The notes under the pieces: model-generated
The model's input: the letters and a program-made list of their open reading frames with translations, nothing else
The model's database searches: none
Told to the model about the DNA's origin: nothing
DNA from: Prorocentrum cordatum
Lineage: Eukaryota
Length of the DNA: 55,005 nucleotides
Reading direction: 5' to 3'
Assembly (NCBI GenBank): GCA_963575745.1
Contig: CAUYUJ010000191.1
Location: 62,001 to 117,005 of the forward strand
Part shown: piece by piece, positions 46,280 to 55,005 of the stretch
How the letters are laid out: each line of letters starts with the position of its first letter
How positions within the stretch are numbered: the first letter of the stretch is position 1
Made by a program: the position numbers and the translations under genes

Positions 46280-47513
46280 GTGCCTGCGGCCATCCCCCCC
46301 TGTGCTCCTGCTGACCCCCTTCATCGTTGTGCTCGTCCTCGTCGTCGTCGTCGTCCTCCTCCTCCTCCTTCATCCCTTCTCATCGGCATTGAGGCTGCTG
46401 CTGCTGCTGCTGCTGCCGCCCGTTGGACCGTGCACCCGTCCACGAGACCGTCGTGGTCGAGGCACGGTCTCCGAGACATCCTCCAACAAAGTGTTTCAAC
46501 AGTTGTGCGTCCAGTGCCATGGCCCCCTAACCCCTACAAAGTTCTCGCGTGTTGTCCATTGGTCCCAAGCTCCAGCCTTTTTTGAGCCCTACTGGTTTGC
46601 ACGGGGTGTGGCTGCAGGGCCAAGGAAGGGAACGGCCATGTTCGGAACCTGGGTAAGGAGTTTGTGTTAGAGGGGGGAATCGCCCAGTAAGATGGGCCAG
46701 TGTGTCAACCAGCGTCGCCCTGTTGGGCGGCCACTCAATTCAAGTTCCCCTGTTGTGGCGGAGTTAGCAATCCCGACGCCGTCGTCGTGGGGTATTCCTG
46801 GATAATCATCCCTTCTTCCTTCGTCATCCCTTCGCGGCCCGGGGTCTCCCAGGTTCCGTGCTACCCTCTGATCCTGTTCCCCTGTCCCCCCCTCTCGTTC
46901 CTTTTCATCCGCATCCGCAGCCACCACCAGGACTTCAGCAACCAGAATTTCCTCCCCCTCCCCCATCTCTTCTGTCCTAGCTTGTTGACGATGCATGTCT
47001 GGATCTTCGTGCGTTTTTGTTGTGCTTGCGCTTCGCCTTGGAAGCTCCGTCCAAGCGTTTCGCTGTTGCGTTCCCCGCCGAGAGATTTGAAGCTCCGTTT
47101 CGCTGCTGGTATCGAGCGGTGGCAGATGGTGCGCGTCTTGGAACACCGCCCTGATCATGACCCATGGGGGCTCGCTTTGTGGCACCGATGCGTGCGAGTG
47201 TGCATTTTCAACCGCCGAAGCGCGTTTTTCTTATTGTTCTTCTCCTGCGCGGCTAGGCAGAGTAACTGCGCTGGCGGAAGAGCTATATACACGGGGGTAC
47301 CGTTTGGCGAATTGTGCCACAATGCAGGAAAAGGGGAGAAGACAGGGAGGGCGGCCGCAGGAGGGGGGGAGGGGCGAGGGCCGCTGAGGGGGGCGGGTCA
47401 CGCCCGACGTGGGTGGCGCGGCCGGCCCCGCCGGCGGGGACTGCGGCGGCTGCTGCGCCGGGGTGCCGGCGGCGGCGGGGCCCAGTGCGGGAACCGAGCG
47501 AGTCCAGCTGGTC

Positions 47514-47605
47514 GAAGGATTGCAAAAAAACCCAGGATTGCAAAAAAACCCGAAGGATTGCAAAAAAACCCTGGATTGCAAAAAAACCCTGGATTGCAAT
47601 CCTTC
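47514..47605. repeat. Short tandem GGATTGCAAAAAAACCC (4-5 copies) with inverted ends
   Basis: gaaggattgcaa ... ttgcaatccttc. Confidence 0.8.
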
Positions 47606-49436
47606 TGTACAATGCAGTCGTGGGCCTGAGGACCAGGCGGTGGCTGCGCATTCCCCAGGCGGGTGCCGAGGGTTCGGTGTTCCTGGAGCCTGGAAGCGAG
47701 CGGCCTGAGCGCGCACGCCGCGGCTGGAGCTGCGGGCACGTAGATGCTACAGTCAGGAGGGGAAAAAACACACAGTCGCAATTAATCGTCGACTCCCAGG
47801 AAAATATGGGAAAATATGGGAAGTGGGCGGGAAGACAGAAACCCAGAAAATATGGGAAAATATGGGGGATATTTTTATTTGTGTGTATTTATTTGTGTGT
47901 CCCAGTTCCCCTTCATCTCCCATCCGCGCTGCTTGAAAGGGAGGGGGATTCCCAGGCGAGCTCCAGTCGGTTGGCCGCGCGGAGCGTCTGGCAGAGCTCG
48001 GGGCGCTGCAGATCATCCTGCCGATGCGCCGTCCAGGCGCGGCTCCCGTGCGAGCGTTTGGTGACAGTCGTTGATCTCCTTACGTGTTAGTTTCGTTGAA
48101 GGCGCAGTTGGGACCCCGTGCTGGCTTCCTGATTGGATCACACCTGCACACGTGCAGGTATTTGGAGCGCTATTTTCCAGCAGAGCCGCCGCCCTGAGTT
48201 TGTATGGGTTCCCTTGCATCTCACGCTGGGTATGGCCGTCGAAAGAGAATCTCGGAGCTCAATGTCCAACGTCACTCCTCGGCGGATTTGTTCACTAGCT
48301 TAGGTGCTCCGGACGTCGTTGTCCCACGCATTGCCGTCCGCAGCTCGGATCGGATCTCTCAATCGTCTATCGCGCATGCGGGCTTCCTAGGACAGCTTGT
48401 TACCCGCATTTTTGAGCTTGGGTTATGGAGCCAAGGCAAGAGCAGCCGGCGGTCCTAGTTCGTACTGCCCTGTCGTCGCAAAAGCAATCTTTTGTCGCTA
48501 GTTTCCCTGACGACTGGCGAAGTACGGTGCCGACTGCAATAGGAGTGCGCACGTTGCATTGAGGTCCCTCTGGGACTTGTTACAAGGCTGCTGGATGCCG
48601 ACGGTGGAGCGCCGCTTTAGTGAGGCCATGTATTTGAACGCCGCTAGAAGAGCGGGGAGGTTCTTTCACGAGAGCGCCTCGGCAAATGTAGGCCTTGCCT
48701 TCCTGCTGGCGGCCGCCACTGATGCGAGGGAGGCCGACAGCGTTACCGAGAGCGATGTTCAGGTGCCGATCCCTCCTGCTGAGTTGGCTCGTCTCGAGGA
48801 GCGAGGCTACGGTGTTTTTCAGGACAGCGACGTGTTGCCCTGCTGGCGCTGTGCCTCGTATGCCGCTGGATAAAAGGGGGCCCGCCCGTAAACTGGGGAA
48901 GCGGTGCGCGGGTCTCGCTTGTGTGGGCCACGTTCGGGGCATCAAAGGGTGCGCAACCAGCTGGTTTCTCCAGGGGCGGCACCCCGTGTGGGGGCGCTGT
49001 TGGGGCAGGCGGTCGGTGGCCGTCCTGCTTGCGTTCGCGCGCGGAGCCCGCGGCAGGCGGCCAGGCTGGCGCCGCCTCCCCCACTCCCCCACTCCTTCCC
49101 TTGTCCTTCTCCGCCGCAGGTGGTGCAGGGTGAGTCCCCGCTGCTTACCTTTCGTTTGCGGCGCGCGGGAAGCCCCGCATTCTGCGCAACGTAGCACCGG
49201 CAGGCAGCCAACTCGAGTCAGGCCTGCTGGCTTTCTCGCTTGACCCCGTTCGTTTTTGGTGGCTCGGTTCTCACGACTCGATTTGGGGGCTTCCCCGTCA
49301 TCTCTTCTTACCCTTTCCTCTTCCCTCCCTCCCTCCTCCTCCTCCTCCTTCTCCTTTCCCTTATCCTTCATTATTCCTCCATCCCTCGTCTCGTTGCCTC
49401 CTCCGCATCCTCCTTGCTCTCGTCCTCCCTTGCCAG

Positions 49437-49529
49437 GTGCTCCAGCAGCAGCGCATCACTTCCCGCGAGCGCCTGGCTCGTCTCACGGATGCGCAGTGGC
49501 AGCGGCTAGGGATCCCGTTAGGCATCGAG
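49437..49529 (+). CDS. Candidate host exon, SAM-domain-like (VLQQQRITSRERLARLTDAQWQRLGIPLG)
   Basis: Pyrimidine-rich acceptor ccAG|G; L..LT...W..LGIPLG resembles the SAM helix 3-5 pattern. Donor uncertain (GC after 49521 is possible). Confidence 0.45.
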
Positions 49530-49583
49530 GGGATGGCGATCAGCTTGCGCCCGTCCGCCATGGCTTCGAACAAGGGTAATCGG

Positions 49584-50537
49584 ATGATGATGCTGCTGCG
49601 GATGATGCTGCTGCTGATGATGATGACAGCGACGACGTCGACGATGGGGTTGATTATGATGATGCCGCTGCTGATGATGATGATGACGACGATAACGATC
49701 ATGATGATGATGGTGATGATGCTGATGAAGATGATGATGATGCTGATGATGATGACGACTACCAGGGCGCATTGTGATGGTGTAGGGTGGATGGGAATGG
49801 ATGGACGGGTGTACTGATAGAGGAATTGGCGATGAGAAGGGTGAGTCCGATTCGGATAATGATGACGATGCTAATGATGATGCTGATGATGATGGTGATG
49901 CTGGTTATGCTGATGAGGATACTGATGCGGTTGTTCATGATGAGGATGCTGCTGATGATGTGATGATGATTATGATCGTGGTTTAATGATGATGCTGCTG
50001 CTGATGATGACGATGCTGCTGATGCTGATGATCATGACGATGCTGATGAGGATGCTGATAACGCTGAGGATGACTGATAAGAAGAGGAGGATGCATGGGT
50101 TGAGGATGGGCCTGATGATGAGGACAAGTGCGATGACAAGGACGATGAGGATGACGATGGCGATGATGATGACGATGGTGATGATGATGGTGACGGTAAT
50201 GGTGATACTGATGCTGCTGATGATGATGATGATGATGCGGCTGATGATTCTGATCATGCTGATGCTGATGCTGATGATGATGCTGTTGATGCTGACGGTG
50301 ATGTTGGTGTTGATGACAATGATTTTGATTATGATGAGGCTGATTGTGATTCTGATGATGATGCTGATGATGCTGATGATGCTGATGATGATGGTGGTGA
50401 TGATTTGGATCATGATGCTGAATCTGATGTGATGATGCGGGTGCTGATGCTGATGACGATGATCGTAGTGGTGGTGGTGATGCCGATGACCATGATGATG
50501 ATGATGATGCTGATGCTGATGATAATGATGCTGATGC

Positions 50538-50602
<65 letters not shown>

Positions 50603-50975
50603 CTGCTGCTCAGGCTGATGCTCATGATCCTGATGATGACAATGCTGATGCTGATGATGATGCTGCTGATGATGATGGTGATGATGTTGATGCTGACGTT
50701 GATGCTGGTGTTGATGACGATGATTCTGATTATGATGATGCTGATGATTCTGATTATGATGATGATCATGCTGATGCTGATCATGAGGATGCTGATGATG
50801 ATGGTGGTGATGATGCTGTTCATGCTGCTGGAGATGATGTGAGGATGCTGGTGGTGATGCTGATGCTGATGATGATGATTTAAGTGGTGGTGGTGGTGAT
50901 GATAATGCTGATGCTGATGACCATGATGTTGATGATGATGCTGATGATGATGATGCTGCTGATGATGATGATCAT
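49584..50975. repeat. Degenerate (GAT)n microsatellite
   Basis: gat/gct repeats. Confidence 0.95.
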
Positions 50976-50982
50976 GTTTATA

Positions 50983-52690
50983 TTTCCCAACCCTCCGGCG
51001 TTGGGTTCTCGTTTTGAATAGAGCACTGTGGTCTCCACTCCTCCCGCTCCCTCTCCTCCTCTCTTCGTTCCTGCTCTCCTCTCTTGCTTCCCTTCTCCTC
51101 CTCCCTTTGCTCCTCCTCTTGTCTCTTGCCTTTTACGTCATCTCTGGGGGGCTGCGATCTGCGGAACTGTCACCACTTTCGAGGGCTGCTGGTGGGTCCA
51201 GCGGAGTGAGGCACCACGGGGACTCAGATTAGACCTCGCCATCCCTGGGGGGGGGGGGCTGCGATCTGTGAAACTGTCGCCACTTTCGAGGGCTGCTGGT
51301 GGGTCCAGCGGAGTGAGGCACCACGGGGACTCAGATTAGACCTCGCCATCTCTGGGGGGCTGCGATCTGTGAAACTGTCGCCACTTTCGAGGGCTGCTGG
51401 TGGGTCCAGCGGAGTGAGGCACCACGGGGACTCAGATTAGACCTCGCCATCTCTGGGGGGCTGCGATCTGTGAAACTGTCGCCACTTTCGAGGGCTGCTG
51501 GTGGGTCCAGCGGAGTGAGGCACCACGGGGACTCAGATTAGACCTCGCCATCCTGGGGGGCTGCGATCTGTGAAACTGTCGCCACTTTCGAGGGCTGCTG
51601 GTGGGTCCAGCGGAGTGAGGCACCACGGGGACTCAGATTAGACCTCGCCATCTCTGGGGGGCTGCGATCTGTGAAACTGTCGCCACTTTCGAGGGCTGCT
51701 GGTGGGTCCAGCGGAGTGAGGCACCACGGGGACTCAGATTAGACCTCGCCATCTCTGGGGGTTGCGATCTGTGAAACTGTCGCCACTTTCGAGGCTGCTG
51801 GTGGGTCCAGCGGAGTGAGGCACCACGGGGACTCAGATTAGACCTCGCCACCCCTGGGCGGCTGCGATCTGTGAAACTGTCGCCACTTTCGAGGGCTGCT
51901 GGTGGGTGGCCAGCGGAGTGAGGCACCACGGGGACTCAGATTCCTGACCACGAGCAATGCTCGCGTGCCCTTGCTCTGCGGTTCGTGCCATCGCTACCGT
52001 CCTTCGAGGTTGCCCATCGGGCCCTCTAACAAATATATTCACGCATACTGTCGGCCTGCAGCGCCGTACTGGTGGCTGAAGAAAGGCGCCTGCTCCGCGG
52101 TCTTAGCAGCGCGCGGGGCCGAGGCGTAATTGCCGACGCGCGCAAGCTTGCGCCTTCGCTAACCGCGCTTCCAAGTTGCCTGTCATGCGCTCTATAACCA
52201 CAGCCACCGCGGCATCGCGGAATTGGATTTCTGCTGAAAGAGTTCGAGCTACGCCTCGCTCGTTTCTTGCACTCTAAACAAGTTTTATCATATGGAATTC
52301 TGCGACGGCATGGCGCAGACAGCGCTGCGGGTTTAGCTCGCACTTGAAAAACGCGGCAGTCTTCTGTCTCCTCCCGCCTTTTTCATCGTCGTCCTATTCC
52401 CCGCCTCACCTTCTCCATGCATGCTGCTGCTTCCGCGATGGCCTTTCGCCCCCCCCGCCCTCCATTCCATCCCTCTCCTGCCCCTCGTTCCCGTGCCCGT
52501 TCTTCTTCGATCCTGGGGCCTCAATCCTCGTTCTTTCGATCGTCGTCCTGTGAACCGTGCAACGCATGCGCATCCCATGTAGCTTGCACAGCAAATCGCC
52601 GCGTCTACACTGTCGTTGTTCCTGCTAATGTTGGCATAGTCCTCTTGCCATTTGATGCACGTGGGTTGGGTACGTCGCAGGGTAATTTTT
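50983..52690 (+). mobile_element. Non-autonomous Helentron/DINE-1-like element copy 3, carrying a ~101-bp satellite array
   Basis: Starts tttCCCAACCCtccggcGTTGGGttctcgttttgaatagagcactg and ends GGGTTGGGtacgtcgcagggtaattttt; both match copy 1. Flanked by (GAT)n on both sides. Confidence 0.6.
51146..51941. repeat. ~101-bp tandem satellite, 8 near-identical units
   Basis: Core ctgcgatctgtgaaactgtcgccactttcgagggctgctg at ~51152, 51259, 51360, 51461, 51561, 51662, 51762 and 51862. Confidence 0.95.
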
Positions 52691-52699
52691 GTTCCATCC

Positions 52700-53357
52700 A
52701 TTATCATTATCATTATGATCACTGTATTATGATGGTGCTGATGCTGTTGATGACTATGCTGGTGTCGATGTTGATGTTTGTGATGACGATGGTGATGCTG
52801 CTGATGATGATTTTGATGATGATGACGACGAGCTGATTATGATGCGTATGCTGATACTGATGATGATGATGTGGCTGATGATGAAGCTGATGGTGACGAT
52901 GATGATGCTGATTAGGGGTAATGCTGATGCTGATGATGCTGCTGATTCTGATGCTTCTGATGCCGAGGATGATGCTGATGATACCGATGATGCTGATAAT
53001 TGTAATGCTGCTGCGTCTGCTGATGATGATGCGGATGACGACGGTGATGCTGATGCTGCTGCTGCTGATGATGATGAGGATGGTCATGCTGATGCTGCTG
53101 CTGATGATGATGATGACGATGGGGATGCTGATGATGCGGATGATGCTGATGATGACGACGCCGATGATGAAGATGATGATGCTGAAGATGATGATGCTGA
53201 TGTTGCTGCTGCTGATGATGATGACCATGATGATGAAGATGATGGTTATGCTGATCATGCTGCTGATGATGCTGCTGCTGATACGGATGATGCTGCCGAT
53301 GATCATTGAGCTGTTTCTGGTGCTGATGATGCTGATGCGGATGCTGATGCTGATGCT
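52700..53357. repeat. Degenerate (GAT)n microsatellite
   Basis: gat/gct repeats. Confidence 0.95.
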
Positions 53358-53484
53358 GTAGTAGTAGAGGTAGTAGTTGTCGTAGTCGTAGTCGTAGTCG
53401 TAGTAGTCGTAGTCGTAGTAGTAGTAGTTGTGGTAGTAGTAGTAGTCGTAGTAGTAGTGGTAGTAGTAGTAGTAGTAGTAGTAG

Positions 53485-53545
<61 letters not shown>

Positions 53546-53578
53546 CGTATTAGCAGCAGTGGTAGTAGTAGTGTAATG

Positions 53579-53613
<35 letters not shown>

Positions 53614-53644
53614 TGTAGTAGTAGTGGTAGTAGTAGCAGCAGTA

Positions 53645-53683
<39 letters not shown>

Positions 53684-53776
53684 AAGTAGTAGTAGTAGTA
53701 GTAGTGGTGTTAGTAGTGGCCGTACGTCGCAGTAATAGTCGTAGTAGTCGTAAGAGTAGTAGTAGTAGTAGTAGTA

Positions 53777-53839
<63 letters not shown>

Positions 53840-54009
53840 TTCGTAGTAGTAGTAGTAGTAGTAGTAGTAATCGTAGTCGTAGATTATCAGTAGTAGTAGT
53901 CGTAGTAGTAGTTGTCGTAGTCGTAGTCGTCGTCGTAGTCGTATCCGCAGTGGTAATAGCAGTCGCAGCGGGTGTCGTAGTCTTAGAAGGCCCCGTTCTT
54001 TAACTGGTT

Positions 54010-54054
<45 letters not shown>

Positions 54055-54095
54055 ATAGTAGTAGTAGTAGTAGTAGTAGCAGTAGTAGTAGTAGC

Positions 54096-54136
<41 letters not shown>

Positions 54137-54170
54137 GCGTCGCTATAGTCGTAGTAGTTGTAGTCTTAGC

Positions 54171-54205
<35 letters not shown>

Positions 54206-54206
54206 C

Positions 54207-54242
<36 letters not shown>

Positions 54243-54256
54243 CGTAGTAGTAGTAT

Positions 54257-54303
<47 letters not shown>

Positions 54304-54411
54304 TCCATAGTGTTAGCAGTGGCAGTAGTCGTGGAATTAGCAGAAGTAGTAGTACTAATAGTAGTCGTGGTACGAGTAGTATTTGTAACTGTCGTAGTCG
54401 TCGTAGCCGTT

Positions 54412-54455
<44 letters not shown>

Positions 54456-54484
54456 CGTAGCAGTAGTTGTGCTAGCCGTAGTCT

Positions 54485-54521
<37 letters not shown>

Positions 54522-54602
54522 CGTAGTCGTAGTAGCAGTCGTAGTCGTAGTCGTAGTCGTAGTCGTAGTCGTAGTCGTAGTCGTAGTCGTAGTCGTAGTC
54601 GC

Positions 54603-54649
<47 letters not shown>

Positions 54650-54654
54650 CAGTC

Positions 54655-54698
<44 letters not shown>

Positions 54699-54965
54699 CG
54701 TAGTAGTCGTGGTAGTCGTAGTAGTACTCATGTTAGTCGCAGTAGTAGTAGTCGTAGTCGTAGTAGTAGTAGTAGTAGTCGTCGTCGTCGTCGTCGTCGT
54801 AGTAGTAGTAGTAGTAGTGGTAGTAGTAGTAGTAGTACAACTAGTAGTATTAACAGTAGTAGTAGTATTCGTAGTTGTAGTAGTCGTAGTAGTAGTGGTC
54901 GCACTGGTAGTGGTATTTGTAGGCGTAGTAGCTGTGAAGGGGTAGTAGTCGTAGTCGTAGTAGTG

Positions 54966-55005
<40 letters not shown>
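53358..55005. repeat. (GTA)n microsatellite
   Basis: gta repeats to the window end. Confidence 0.97.

Overview
Repeat-dense eukaryotic DNA. It is most likely a dinoflagellate nuclear genome; this is an inference from tiny exons with GA/GC splice donors and AG|G acceptors, a DNMT-carrying tyrosine-recombinase retroelement and long GTA/GAT microsatellites. A host CCCH zinc-finger gene on the + strand is split into micro-exons (8304-8347, 15642-15679, 18303-18372; possible SAM-like exons at 46214 and 49437). Mobile DNA lies between and downstream of these exons. (1) A 6.0-kb split-direct-repeat (Ngaro/PAT-type) DIRS retrotransposon (9444-15476) inserted in a (CCT)n tract. It encodes Gag, RT-RNase H, an overlapping damaged tyrosine recombinase and an in-frame C5-cytosine methyltransferase-like domain. 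(2) A complete but decayed 17.9-kb Ty1/copia LTR retrotransposon (22023-39965; 197-bp LTRs, ATAGG TSD, half-tRNA-type PBS). Its reconstructed single ~5,600-aa polyprotein continues ~8 kb past RNase H and contains a Tpt1/KptA (NAD+-dependent RNA 2'-phosphotransferase/ART-fold)-like domain and an SGNH-hydrolase-like domain; its Gag has CCCH fingers and an RS-rich region. This is the most novel-looking system here. (3) Three Helentron/DINE-1-like non-autonomous elements carrying internal ~90-100-bp satellite arrays. There is also a degenerate U6 snRNA copy. Most ORFs in the six-frame track are artefacts of repeats and high GC.
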